Shown: piece after piece, positions 29,198 to 39,636 of the stretch
How positions within the stretch are numbered: position 1 is the first letter of the stretch
Layout of the letters: the number at the start of each line of letters is the position of its first letter
Assembly (NCBI GenBank): GCA_963777505.1
Contig: CAVZQN010000004.1
Span: forward strand, 1,408,001 to 1,472,000
Length of the DNA stretch: 64,000 nucleotides
Reading direction: 5' to 3'
Source: an uncultured bacterium
Lineage (GTDB): Bacteria > Acidobacteriota > HRBIN11 > JAKEFK01
Position numbers and translations under genes: made by a program
The notes under the pieces: generated by a model
What the model was told of the DNA's origin: nothing
Seen by the model: the letters and a program-made list of their open reading frames with translations, nothing else
Databases searched by the model: none

Positions 29198-29494
29198 ATG
29201 GAAAAACATGCTTTGAGTGAACCTGATCGAGAGGTGTGCGGATTTGTTTACCAGGATTTTTACCATCCATTACGCAACCTGGCATCCGGCCACAGCTCTT
29301 TTTATGCTGATCCGGCTGACATAGCTATGGCTCTGGTCCGATATGGGGAGCCTGCAGCCATCTTTCATACCCACCCTTGCGGTATCGATTCGCCATCGGA
29401 AACGGACCGCAGATTGTCGTACTATAATAATAGTACTACAATAATTGGAACCTTGAAGGGGGGAAGATTATTCGTCAAGGAATACAATCACTAA
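29198..29494 (+). CDS. Small JAB/MPN+ (Mov34) metallo-isopeptidase-like protein
   Basis: EVCG...FHTHP....PSETD matches the JAMM motif; start uncertain (29132 or 29198). Confidence 0.75.
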   Translation: MEKHALSEPDREVCGFVYQDFYHPLRNLASGHSSFYADPADIAMALVRYGEPAAIFHTHPCGIDSPSETDRRLSYYNNSTTIIGTLKGGRLFVKEYNH

Positions 29495-29502
29495 TCGTTT
29501 CT

Positions 29503-31011
29503 TTGATTCTACTCTCCGCAGCTTGTTCAGGTACAAGATCGTCATACCAGAAAGACACACTCGCTGTTGCCATCGATCAAACCCCGGTTAATCTTGATCC
29601 GAGAATTGGAATCGACAAATCCTCTGTCGATTTTCATCATCTGTTGTACAACGGATTGATGAAGAAAAACGAAAATGATCGCATGGTGCCTGATCTCGTT
29701 CGTGATGTCCAAATCGTCAATTCGAAGTTGTACAGGTTTTATCTGAAGCCTGGTATTCGCTTTCATAACGGTAATCAATTGCGGCCTGAAGATGTAGTTT
29801 TTACTTATAAGAGCATCTTGTCCGGCAAAGTTGTGTCAGCCAAAAGAGCATCGCTTGCAAGCATCGCTGATATCCGGGTGGTTGCCCGGGATGCAGTTGA
29901 AGTCAGATTACATGAACCATTCAATGGTTTGCTTTATAACATGAATATCGGGATCGTACCCGACGGATCAACTGCTGATTTTGCGCGAGATCCAATCGGG
30001 ACGGGCCCTTATCGAATTGTTTCTTATCAGCCTGACAGCGGGGCAGTGCTCCAATCATTTGAAGGCTATTTTGAAGGTAAACCGCGAATCCAAAATCTAA
30101 GGATACGAATTATTCCAGATGCAACAACCAGAGCGCTAGAGATTCGCAAAGGCACTATCGATTTACTTTTAGGGCCGGCTGCTGTTCCTCCAGATTATTT
30201 TCGGATTTTGCAGAACAATCCTGCATTAAAAACGATGACAAGAACGGGAAGTAATTACTTTTACGTTGCATTCAATTTGACAGATCCGTTATTAAGAAAA
30301 AGGGACGTTCGTTTGGCAATCGCTCATGCGGTCCGCAGAGATGAAATCATCAAAAATTTATTTCATGGAACGGCAACTCTCGCGACAGGATTACTTCCGC
30401 CTCACAATTGGGCTTATGAAAAGAATGTGCTGAACGTTTCGCATGATACTGATAGCGCAAAACAATTGTTAGATAGTGCCGGATTGATCGATCCTGATGG
30501 CTCTGGTCCTCAGATGCGTTTCTGGCTTACTTTGAAAACGAGTACAAGCGAATTTCGTCGTATCGTTGCTACTGTTATTCAAAAAAATCTTGCTTCTATT
30601 GGAGTGGGATTGAACATCCGTTCGTATGAATTCGGAACATACTTTTCGGATGTGAACCGGGGAAATTTTCAAATGTGCATGTTGATGTGGATTGGCGAAA
30701 GCGATCCTGACATTTATAGCACTGCTTTTTCTACGAAAGGCCCACGAAATCGTGGCAAGTATAGCAGCTTAGAAGTGGACGAATGGATCGAAATGGCAAG
30801 ACAAGCCCAATCAGAAAAAGAACAAATCCATTTGTATTCCTTAATTCAAAAAAGGATTGCTGAAGATGCGCCATACATCTCACTCTGGTATGAACCAAAC
30901 TTATGCATCATGCGGAGGGAACTACGTGGAATGGAGCTCACTCCGGATTCGGATTTCCGTGCGCTAAAAGATGTCTATTGGGGAAACGGAAGTAGAGAGA
31001 ATAGAGAATAG
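29503..31011 (+). CDS. ABC transporter peptide-binding lipoprotein (family 5)
   Basis: Lipobox LSAAC, LDP, G.RFHNG..EDV.FT, PIGTGPY, VR.AIA.A; the signal peptide extends upstream of the called start. Confidence 0.9.
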   Translation: MILLSAACSGTRSSYQKDTLAVAIDQTPVNLDPRIGIDKSSVDFHHLLYNGLMKKNENDRMVPDLVRDVQIVNSKLYRFYLKPGIRFHNGNQLRPEDVVFTYKSILSGKVVSAKRASLASIADIRVVARDAVEVRLHEPFNGLLYNMNIGIVPDGSTADFARDPIGTGPYRIVSYQPDSGAVLQSFEGYFEGKPRIQNLRIRIIPDATTRALEIRKGTIDLLLGPAAVPPDYFRILQNNPALKTMTRTGSNYFYVAFNLTDPLLRKRDVRLAIAHAVRRDEIIKNLFHGTATLATGLLPPHNWAYEKNVLNVSHDTDSAKQLLDSAGLIDPDGSGPQMRFWLTLKTSTSEFRRIVATVIQKNLASIGVGLNIRSYEFGTYFSDVNRGNFQMCMLMWIGESDPDIYSTAFSTKGPRNRGKYSSLEVDEWIEMARQAQSEKEQIHLYSLIQKRIAEDAPYISLWYEPNLCIMRRELRGMELTPDSDFRALKDVYWGNGSRENRE

Positions 31012-31064
31012 AAGATAGAAGATGGAAGGAGGCTATCTTCTATCCTCCATTCTCTATCTTGTCT
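30993..31064. repeat. Heptamer inverted repeat between convergent genes
   Basis: agagaat agagaat agaagat agaagat...ctatctt ctatcct ccattct ctatctt. Confidence 0.65.
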
Positions 31065-31065
31065 T

Positions 31066-32936
31066 CTAAATAATGGTTTCGCAGAAAGCTTGAACGCTTT
31101 CGGCTTTGGATAGGCGTTCCATCAAAACATCGAGGGCATCTTTAGGTTGTAAATTCGAAAGATGGCGTCGGAGTTTATGGGATGCATTGAGCCATACGGG
31201 GGGAAGAATTTTTTCTTCTTTACGTGTGCCTGACTGTGAAAGATCAACTGCAGGAAACACGCGGCCATCGGCCAATTTTCTATCTAAAACAAGTTCCATA
31301 TTTCCAGTACCTTTAAATTCCTGGAAGATAACTTCGTCCATGCGGCTGCCGGTGTCAATCAAAGCTGTTGCTACGATTGTGAGACTACCGCCTCCTTCAA
31401 GGTTGCGAGCAGAACCGAAGAATCGGCGAGGAAATTCAAGAGCGCGGCTGCCAACGCCACCACTGAGCGTTTTTCCGCGGTTTGTTTCTTCGCGATTGGA
31501 TGCTCGACCGAGACGTGTAATCGAATCAAGCAACAAAAATACATCACGTCCGCTTTCAGCCATGCTGCGTGCAAGATCGAGAGTCAATCGTGCTGTGCGT
31601 AAATGCGTAACAGCATCCTGATCGGAAGAAGATGCGATGACTGCGCCTCGAACACTTCTTTTGAAGTGTGTTACTTCTTCGGGGCGTTCATCGACCAGAA
31701 GGGCAATAAGATATGTTTCCGGATGATGTGTTGCGACAGCACTTGCAAGATCGTGAAGCAAAGTTGTTTTGCCTGTGCGAGGTGGTGCAACAATCAATGC
31801 GCGCTGGCCTTTGCCTATAGGTGTCATTAATTCTAACAATCTTAACGATCGTTCCGATTGCGGATCTGCCGCAGGAGTCAAAATGAATCGTTCAGTTGGA
31901 TCGATGCTTATCTGCCGCTCAAAAGAGTTCTCGGATGTAAATGAATCTACAGCAACATTATTAATGTCAAGAATTTTTGTAACGGCTGGAGATTGTCCGC
32001 GGGATTGAGCAAATGCAGCCATAACATGCATCAACATGCCCTGATGTAACCGTTTTTGTTGAATCAGTGATGGAGGCACAAACACATCACCTTGTGATGG
32101 CTGAAGATCTTCATCAAGACGTCGGAGAAATCCGGAACCTGAAGGAATTAGTTCAAGGACACCGGTAAATTCCTGTTCAGGACCTTGTACGGCTGCTGGT
32201 CCTGTTGTGTGAACGGGGACAGGACGTTGGTGTGGCTGAGAATGACGCGGCGGTTGATGACGTTGATTCACAGGATGTTCGCGGCGAATATGTCGCGGAC
32301 CTTCTCCACTGGAGTGTCGGTTTTCATTTCGATGATGCGGTCCAGGAGAATCACTTCGTTGATGCCGCGGTCCAGGGGAATCACTTCGCTGATGTCGCGG
32401 TCCTGGCGAATCACTTCGTTGATGCCGCGGTCCTGAGGAATCACTTCGCTGATGTCGCGGTCCAGGGGAATCACTTCGTTGATGCCGCGGTCCTGGCGAA
32501 TCACTTCGTTGATGCCGCGGTCCAGGGGAATCACTTCGTTGATGCCGTGGTCCAGGGGAATCACTTCGTTGATGCCGTGGTCCAGGCGAATCATTGCGTT
32601 GATGTCGGGGACCCGGAGAATCATTTCGATGATGACGCGGTCCCTCTGCGCGATCATGCCGCGGATTTTGACCATCGATCCTGGCGGCACACCTTCGGTC
32701 CGGTCACGTCGCACACCTTCAGTTCGATCGTGACGCACACCTTCGGTTCGGTCACGTCGCACACCTTCGGTTCGATCATGACGCACACTTTCGCTTCTTG
32801 GGTGTCGAGGTCGATCGCTTTGGGGGTGTTGACCCTCGCTACGAAGTGGTCGATTCCCTTCGGATTGTTGGTGCCGCTGACCGCTGCTCCGTGAATGCTG
32901 CTTCTGCCGCCCCTGATTTCGATTCTGTTGGTTCAT
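31066..32936 (-). CDS. rho: Transcription termination factor Rho with long repetitive N-terminal extension (one frameshift near 32680)
   Basis: GFLR, PIGKGQR, APPRTGKT, DERPEE, EFKGTGNME; the Rho frame stays open upstream to about 32700 and joins ORF 32268..32936 through one indel. Confidence 0.85.
32341..32640. repeat. Ten tandem 30-nt repeats (PRHQRSDSPG in the Rho frame)
   Basis: Unit tccaggggaatcacttcgttgatgccgcgg; most variation falls at third codon positions of the minus-strand Rho frame. Confidence 0.95.
32688..32783. repeat. Four tandem 24-nt repeats (R[RH]DRTEGV)
   Basis: Unit cacaccttcggttcggtcacgtcg and variants. Confidence 0.9.
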
Positions 32937-33144
32937 AGTACAGGTAAGAAAAGACTCACGATTATAACCGCAAAGATGCTGAGTTGGAAACGAAATTATA
33001 AGTTAGGTAAACAGAGCATTGAAAGCGAGTGTCTAAGAGTCTTATAATCTGATAGTCTTATGTGACCGTTAGTGCTGCAAATGCTTAGTTTAACCATGAA
33101 GCTCATGAATCTTTGTGGTTGATCATACAGGGATTGGAGAAATT

Positions 33145-34341
33145 ATGGAAACGAAAGATTATGTTCAGCTCGAAGAACGTTACAGTGCTCACAATTATCA
33201 CCCATTGGACGTGGTTATTGATCGAGCTGAGGGAGTCTGGGTTTACGATGTTACAGGCAAAAAATATCTTGATTGCCTGAGCGCATATTCAGCCGTTAAC
33301 CAGGGACATCGGCATCCGCGCATCGTTAAAGCTCTGGTGGATCAAGCCAATCTTGTGACACTCACATCTCGTGCGTTCCGTAATGATCAGTTCGGACCCT
33401 TCTGCAAGGAACTCTGCGATCTAACCGGCTATGAGATGGTGCTTCCGATGAATTCAGGTGCAGAAGCTGTAGAAACGGCGGTAAAGACTGCCCGCATGTG
33501 GGGATACCGGGTTAAAAAAGTTGAAAAAAATAAAGCTGAAATTATCGTTTGCAATGATAATTTTCATGGACGAACAACTACGATCATCAGCTTTTCAACA
33601 GAGCCGCAATATCGAGAAGATTTTGGTCCGCATACGCCAGGATTTGTCTTTGTTCCTTACGGAGATGCTGAAGCATTAGGAAAGGCAATCACGCAGAACA
33701 CGGTTGGATTTCTTGTTGAGCCGATTCAAGGTGAAAGCGGCGTGAAATTTCCCCCGGATGGTTATTTGAAACAAGCTGCTGAAATCTGCAAAAAAAATAA
33801 TGTCTTGTTTATTTCTGATGAAATTCAATCAGGTCTTGGACGTGCGGGTAAATTATTCGCATTGGATCATGATGGAGTTCGAGCAGATATTGTGATTCTT
33901 GGAAAGGCTCTCGGAGGCGGCGTCTATCCCGTTTCAGCCGTTATTTCGTCGCGTGAGATTCTTGGTTTATTTCGTCCTGGAGATCATGGCAGCACTTTTG
34001 GTGGAAATCCGATAGCCTGTGCTGTTGCCCGAGAAGCTTTGCGCGTCATTGTTGACGAAAATTTAGTTCAGCGTTCTGCAGAGCTTGGGCAATATTTTCT
34101 AAACAAAATGAAGAATCTCTCCAGCCCGCACATTCAGAATTTACGCGGCCGCGGACTGTTTATTGGAATTGAACTGAAACCCGAAGCCGGAGGAGCAAGA
34201 CGTTTTTGCGAAGCACTCAAGGAACGTGGAATGCTTTGCAAAGAAACTCATGAACACGTTATTCGTATTGCACCGCCACTGGTAATCAGTCAGGAAGAAA
34301 TCGATTGGGCTTCTGATCAAATTCAAGCAGTATTGGCCTGA
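33145..34341 (+). CDS. rocD: Ornithine--oxo-acid aminotransferase
   Basis: [51 protein letters not shown]; ATG 33145 follows GGAG. Confidence 0.93.
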   Translation: METKDYVQLEERYSAHNYHPLDVVIDRAEGVWVYDVTGKKYLDCLSAYSAVNQGHRHPRIVKALVDQANLVTLTSRAFRNDQFGPFCKELCDLTGYEMVLPMNSGAEAVETAVKTARMWGYRVKKVEKNKAEIIVCNDNFHGRTTTIISFSTEPQYREDFGPHTPGFVFVPYGDAEALGKAITQNTVGFLVEPIQGESGVKFPPDGYLKQAAEICKKNNVLFISDEIQSGLGRAGKLFALDHDGVRADIVILGKALGGGVYPVSAVISSREILGLFRPGDHGSTFGGNPIACAVAREALRVIVDENLVQRSAELGQYFLNKMKNLSSPHIQNLRGRGLFIGIELKPEAGGARRFCEALKERGMLCKETHEHVIRIAPPLVISQEEIDWASDQIQAVLA

Positions 34342-34420
34342 TGGCAGATATACAATTTCCATGCTTCATGGAATGATCCTGAAAAGTTTTTACCGCAAGG
34401 TTCGCGGAGTATCTTAAGTA

Positions 34421-36175
34421 ATGCGGAATACGATCCGCATCGTTCTTGCCCTCTTTCTTATCATTCTCGTTTTTGCAAACTACAACTCTATCCGCATCGT
34501 TAATCGCGCAGTCAGTGTTTTAAATGATGACTTGCAGCAGCGGGCCAGTCTGATCCTTCGCGAAATGATCATCAAGCTTACGGAGAATTACTTTAATCTC
34601 AGTAATCAATCCCAATTAGATCAGAACCTTCGCAGATGGTTGGATCTGTATGACATTCAAGGAATTGTCGTTTACGAAACATCTGGGACGGCTGAAGCAA
34701 TGATGAGCTATAACCTTCCTAAGAATCTTGCAGAGCCGCTCAAAATACTGGGCAATCGGAAGACTGCAATCGTTGATAAATATTTGCTTGTTACCGGACA
34801 ATTTGTCAGCGGTACAGAACTTCGGAAAGTCGTACTTCTTTTTGATATCGAACGATACATACGATTTGAACGTTCAGCAAAAGCTGTCAGCTACGCTGGA
34901 CTTTTATTGATGATTCTCGCAGGGCTTGCTGTGTTGTACTTTTTTGAATCAGCTTTCCGGCCATTCCGGATCCTTTTGCAAACGGCTCGTTCCGCACCGG
35001 CAGATATTCCCGCACACGAAAATCGAAATGAGGCGGACTTCTTGATTCAAACATTCAACAGTGTGATTGGACAATTGAAAACAAAAGAACAGGAACTCGC
35101 AAAACTTCATCTAAGTGAAAAGGCTCGTGCAGATGATGTCGCCAGGTTGAATCAAGATTTAATTCGAAGTATCAGCAGCGGCCTAATCCTTGTTGATCAA
35201 ACAGGAAGAATCAATGTATTCAACGAGGCCGCTCAAACAATTTTAAGAATCAGTGCAAAGGAAGTGCTGGCGCGTCCGTACGGAGAAGTGATGCAAAAGT
35301 TGTCTCCTGCATTTAAGGCCGATCTGGATCGGTGTTTGAATGAGAGGACAAACATAAACCGTGCAGAACTTGAAGTTCATACTCAAGATGCTGAGCTGCG
35401 TTATCTTGGAGCGAGTATCATGCCGCTTCAAGACCGGCAGCAGAATTTTGCTGGTGCTATTTGTCTTTTCACTGACATTACCGAATTTAAATTGTTGCAA
35501 AAGCATATGGCGGAAAAAGAAAAGTATGCGAGCCTCGGCGAAATGGCCGGAGGCGTTGCTCATGAATTCCGGAATGCGGTTGCTACAATCGCCGGATATA
35601 TGCAACTACTTGAAAACAAAATTGAACCAGATCAAAAAGAATACACAATACCTGTTCAAAAGGAACTTCAATCTCTTCAAAAAGTCGTCAATGATTTCCT
35701 GTCATTTGCCCGGCCTGTTGAATTGGAGATGGGTAATGTTCTCTTGCGCGAACTGTTAATGGAATGCATGGAGGAAGTTAAAGTCGCATCTTCCAATGAA
35801 GTTGATTTCAATATCGAGGGAGTATTTCCTGAAGTTCGTGGCGATGAACGCATGTTGCGCCAGATTTTTACGAATCTAATCCGGAATGCGGCTGAATCAT
35901 TGGATGGGACAAATCGAAAAGGGAAAATTGAAATCAATGGTTCGTCCGCATTGAGTGGGAAGTTTTGCTTAGTCGACATTTCGGATAATGGCATTGGAAT
36001 TCGAAATGAAGACATATCTCGTATATTTGCTCCTTTTTATTCTACAAAGCGGGAAGGTGTGGGCCTTGGTTTGGCGATAGTTCAAAAACTCGTGCTACAG
36101 CATAATGGGACAATCACGGTTGAAACCGGGGAGAATGGAAGCATCTTCCGCGTCCAATTGCCTGTGAATACGTAA
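34421..36175 (+). CDS. Membrane PAS sensor histidine kinase (NtrB-like)
   Basis: Two TM segments, PAS, VAHEFRN, NLIRNA, DNGIG, G.GLGL. Confidence 0.92.
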   Translation: MRNTIRIVLALFLIILVFANYNSIRIVNRAVSVLNDDLQQRASLILREMIIKLTENYFNLSNQSQLDQNLRRWLDLYDIQGIVVYETSGTAEAMMSYNLPKNLAEPLKILGNRKTAIVDKYLLVTGQFVSGTELRKVVLLFDIERYIRFERSAKAVSYAGLLLMILAGLAVLYFFESAFRPFRILLQTARSAPADIPAHENRNEADFLIQTFNSVIGQLKTKEQELAKLHLSEKARADDVARLNQDLIRSISSGLILVDQTGRINVFNEAAQTILRISAKEVLARPYGEVMQKLSPAFKADLDRCLNERTNINRAELEVHTQDAELRYLGASIMPLQDRQQNFAGAICLFTDITEFKLLQKHMAEKEKYASLGEMAGGVAHEFRNAVATIAGYMQLLENKIEPDQKEYTIPVQKELQSLQKVVNDFLSFARPVELEMGNVLLRELLMECMEEVKVASSNEVDFNIEGVFPEVRGDERMLRQIFTNLIRNAAESLDGTNRKGKIEINGSSALSGKFCLVDISDNGIGIRNEDISRIFAPFYSTKREGVGLGLAIVQKLVLQHNGTITVETGENGSIFRVQLPVNT

Positions 36176-36196
36176 GGGCGTCCCTTGTGGTCGCCC
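36172..36196. repeat. Single REP-like palindrome, same family as 14876
   Basis: GTAAGGGCGTCCCTTGTGGTCGCCC between convergent genes. Confidence 0.7.
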
Positions 36197-36197
36197 G

Positions 36198-38588
36198 TTA
36201 GTCGGTTTGACTTACTAAGTATTTAAGCTGGTAAAGGCTTTTCGCAATTTCTTTTGATTGATTTAGAAAAAGGCTTCGCGGGGCGGAGAATTCCAGAATA
36301 GGAAAATCATCTGTATTTATTTCAAGATTTCGCCTTAAAGCTTTCAACATCGTTTCATCTGAAACATAGATTTTCATAATGTTAGCTGGTTTGATTCCGG
36401 TCGGTTCAAGACTTCTCTGAATGACCGGCTGGCTCATTCGTTTAAAAATTTGGGGTACATCAGGTTTAAGTGATTTTCTACTTGCCAGGATTAGCATATC
36501 GCTTCCATCAATCCAGATGCTTAAATGAGGAAAGACCGAGTGCATCGTCTTTAAGAAAACAAGAACATCATGTCTGGAAATTTGATAGAGATGGATCCAC
36601 TGACACATGATGCCATCAGGGTTCAGGCGGTTGCTTGCAGCTAGAAAAAATTCACGAGTGAAAAGATTGGCAACTCCTGACATCCATAAGTTGCTCGGTT
36701 CAGAAGTAATCAAATCGTACTTCATCGAACTGTGCTGAACTACGTTTCGTCCGTCATCAAAAATCAACCGGACATTCTTGCGTTTTAAAACACTGCCATT
36801 TTCTTCTTCAAAATATTCCGATGCTTTTGCGACTTTTTCTTCAATCTCAACCACATCAATCCGATTCAGCTCATGAAGCGCGAGAGCTCCAGCTGTAACT
36901 CCGCTTCCAAGGCCAATCACAAGAGCATTCTTTGGTTTATCCATATGTAATGCAGGGAGATGTCCTAACAAAAGTTGTGTTCTCATGTCTCCGGTTGGAA
37001 CGTTAGAGGCGTCGGGTTTCCCATTGATCAAAAGACTGCGAATTCCGTTTTCATCCTGCGTTACGGCCACTGTTGCAGCTAGACCTTCGCTGTAAAAAAG
37101 AAGGTTCAGTTCGTCGACTGCAGTTGCAGGTCCCCAGGAGAATGCGCCGGCTTGTAGAGATGCGGGATGCGAGATGCGGGATGAAGGTTTTTTGTTCTGT
37201 TGTTCCTCTGCGTATCGATACGCAAATGCATAGAAGCCTGCATTGTAAATCGATTGATTCCATCTTGGAAGAAACATTAACAAAACTAATGCAATGCCGC
37301 CGACCGCTAGTACTCTTCGATTTTGATTGCTTGCGAGACTCTTCCTGAAGCAGATAATTCCAAGGATAAGATTTAATAGCGCGATCAACCGGATTGAACG
37401 TTCGACGCCCAGCCACGGAATCAGAATAAAACCTGCGCAGAGAGATCCTAGAATGCTGCCTATCGTATTGTAACTATAGACATAACCCGCGTATCCCTGT
37501 AATGCTTCAGAATCTTTTCTGAAAAAGTGAAGGGCAGCTGGAAATGCACTCCCAGACAGAAAGGTTGTGTAAAACACTGTAATCGCAATCAGGAGAAATT
37601 GTGCGATCTGAAATAAAGCAAAAGATTGATTGAACAACTGAAACATCCAGATCAAAATTATCGGCAGTCCCATAAAAATTCCGATAAAGAAAAGCGCTGA
37701 GAGTGAAATCCTGAATTGAATCAGGCTGAAAAGTTGAAATGGATCTGATGATTGCGAGATTCGCCCGGCATAGTAAGAACTTCCGCTTGCGATACCCAAC
37801 AGGAAAGAGGCGAGGATTGCTGAAAAGGCATATACGGAAGAGCCGAAATACATTGAAAGTGCCCGCGCCCATAAAATCTCATACGCAAGCGTCGCAAATC
37901 CTGTAAGAAGAAACAATAAATACAAAAGATGGAATGCAGGAGCGCGCTTCTCTGATTCTTTGAAAACATCCATTTGAGCTGAAAGAATGAGCCCCGAAAT
38001 AAAAAGAAGTCCATTGATTGCAGCCGTTATGTAAATTGTCAGGCTGATCCCAAGATTGGGAAGAAGAAGATATCCTGCCAGCAGCGTTCCCACGACTGCG
38101 CCTGCCGTGTTCAAGCCGTACAACAAACCCGCTTTTTCATGCCGTTCCGATGCAGGAAAACAACGAACAAGTAAAGGAAGGGTCATGCCCATTGCAATCG
38201 TTGGAATTAACAACAGCATGCCAGACATGCTTGCTTTCAAAATTACAGATTGAAAAAAGTTGTTCGCCACAGCGGGGTAGTAGTTCGAATAAAATTTGTT
38301 GATTAACTCTGAAAGACTTGGTGTAAACAACGAATAAAGACCAATCAATCCTTCGAGAATGCCGTAAAGGATCAGTGGTTTGAAAGAGCGTTTAAGGCGT
38401 GCTGAAATGAAACTTCCCAGCGCAAGGCCGGCCATAAAGAGAGAGACAACAACAGCAATTGCTAAAGACGTATTGCCGATGATTGTAGATAGCACACGAG
38501 ACCAGACAATTTCATAAACGAGACTGGTCAATCCGCTGAAGAAAAAAAGAAGGAAAAGTAGAAATGTGCGCTCGCGCGGCGAAATCAA
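36198..38588 (-). CDS. Fused MFS-like membrane domain / spermidine synthase-like protein
   Basis: SG..SL.YE..W.R repeated twice, multiple TMs, LVIGLGSGVT, DDGR, YDLITSEP. Confidence 0.9.
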   Translation of the reverse strand: MISPRERTFLLFLLFFFSGLTSLVYEIVWSRVLSTIIGNTSLAIAVVVSLFMAGLALGSFISARLKRSFKPLILYGILEGLIGLYSLFTPSLSELINKFYSNYYPAVANNFFQSVILKASMSGMLLLIPTIAMGMTLPLLVRCFPASERHEKAGLLYGLNTAGAVVGTLLAGYLLLPNLGISLTIYITAAINGLLFISGLILSAQMDVFKESEKRAPAFHLLYLLFLLTGFATLAYEILWARALSMYFGSSVYAFSAILASFLLGIASGSSYYAGRISQSSDPFQLFSLIQFRISLSALFFIGIFMGLPIILIWMFQLFNQSFALFQIAQFLLIAITVFYTTFLSGSAFPAALHFFRKDSEALQGYAGYVYSYNTIGSILGSLCAGFILIPWLGVERSIRLIALLNLILGIICFRKSLASNQNRRVLAVGGIALVLLMFLPRWNQSIYNAGFYAFAYRYAEEQQNKKPSSRISHPASLQAGAFSWGPATAVDELNLLFYSEGLAATVAVTQDENGIRSLLINGKPDASNVPTGDMRTQLLLGHLPALHMDKPKNALVIGLGSGVTAGALALHELNRIDVVEIEEKVAKASEYFEEENGSVLKRKNVRLIFDDGRNVVQHSSMKYDLITSEPSNLWMSGVANLFTREFFLAASNRLNPDGIMCQWIHLYQISRHDVLVFLKTMHSVFPHLSIWIDGSDMLILASRKSLKPDVPQIFKRMSQPVIQRSLEPTGIKPANIMKIYVSDETMLKALRRNLEINTDDFPILEFSAPRSLFLNQSKEIAKSLYQLKYLVSQTD

Positions 38589-38929
38589 GTCTGAATTAAC
38601 TCACGAATATATTTTTCCAAATGTTCTTTTTGTTCCGGAATGAGATCAATAAACTGAACGCCCATGCCTGATGTTGGCAAATTCATTCCTTCAATCCAGG
38701 TTCCCCAAACTACACGTGCTTTTAACCAATAAGGTTCCTTGTACTTGGGAATATGAAAAAAAAGTTCAACCATGTCCCCTAGCAAAAGCATATAACTGGT
38801 TTTAAGGAACATGCCATCGATGGAAAGATTCAAAGCTTCAGCAGTATGTTGCTTATTATCAAAAGTAAATTGGACTTCGAAATCAACCGGAACGCGTACG
38901 TGTTTGCGTTTGTTTATGTCCCCAGGCAT
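38585..38929 (-). CDS. Single-domain PilZ protein
   Basis: RKHVR (RxxxR), NLSIDG, GMGVQF. Confidence 0.88.
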   Translation of the reverse strand: MPGDINKRKHVRVPVDFEVQFTFDNKQHTAEALNLSIDGMFLKTSYMLLLGDMVELFFHIPKYKEPYWLKARVVWGTWIEGMNLPTSGMGVQFIDLIPEQKEHLEKYIRELIQT

Positions 38930-38934
38930 ACAGT

Positions 38935-39492
38935 TCAGGCTCTCTGCATATATTTGCCTTCTGTTGTATCGATGCGGATCTTTTCTCCCTGGTTTACAAA
39001 CTGAGGTACCTGGACGATGAGTCCGGTCTCAACTTTTGCAGCTTTTGTGACATTCGTTGCGGTCGCTGATCTGACACTCGGCTCCGTCTCAACAACAACA
39101 AGATCAACTGTAGTAGGAAGCTCAATCGAAATCGGATTGGATTCATGGAATTGTGCGCTAACCTTCGTATTTGGAATCAGATAATAAATATTATCCCCGA
39201 GCAATTCCGCATTGAGAGTAATTTGTTCATACGATTCCATATTCATGAAATGATAATCGGGACCTTCATTGTATAAGTATTCCATCTCATGTGTTTCCAG
39301 CGAGATTCGATCTACGCTTTCTTCTGAACGGAACCGGCGTTCGGATTGTTTTCCACTGCGGAGATTACGAAGTTTCGTTTGTACCATCCCGCGCCAGTTT
39401 CCAGGGGTGATGTGCTGGACAGTCATGACCGAAAATAGATCATTGTCCATTTTCAGAATCATACCCCTTCTAATCTGTGTAGCTGCAATCAT
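38935..39492 (-). CDS. efp: Elongation factor P
   Basis: EYLYNEG..YHFM...YEQ, KAAKVETG, IDT.EG.Y. Confidence 0.95.
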   Translation of the reverse strand: MIAATQIRRGMILKMDNDLFSVMTVQHITPGNWRGMVQTKLRNLRSGKQSERRFRSEESVDRISLETHEMEYLYNEGPDYHFMNMESYEQITLNAELLGDNIYYLIPNTKVSAQFHESNPISIELPTTVDLVVVETEPSVRSATATNVTKAAKVETGLIVQVPQFVNQGEKIRIDTTEGKYMQRA

Positions 39493-39576
39493 TAAAAATT
39501 CCTCCGGATTGGATTCAACTGGGATGTTCTTCCGTGTCCAGAATTGTAGAGGAGGGTGATTACCTTGTCAAACCCT

Positions 39577-39600
39577 GCGGAGGAGCAGAGGAGCAGAGGA
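39577..39600. repeat. 8-nt tandem repeat (GAGCAGAG)
   Basis: gcggaggagcagaggagcagagga. Confidence 0.55.
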
Positions 39601-39636
39601 GACTTGCATCATCGAGTTAGTTACTATTTATTTGCT

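Noticed and set aside
32341-32640. 30-nt repeats as a CRISPR array
   Set aside because: Units are directly adjacent with no unique spacers, no cas genes are present, and variation is synonymous in the Rho frame.
32205-32894. Plus-strand 229-aa repeat ORF (NHFVDAAVQG) and the INEVIPLDRG reading of ORF 32268..32936
   Set aside because: Shadow frames of the Rho repeat; third-position variation fits only the PRHQRSDSPG frame.
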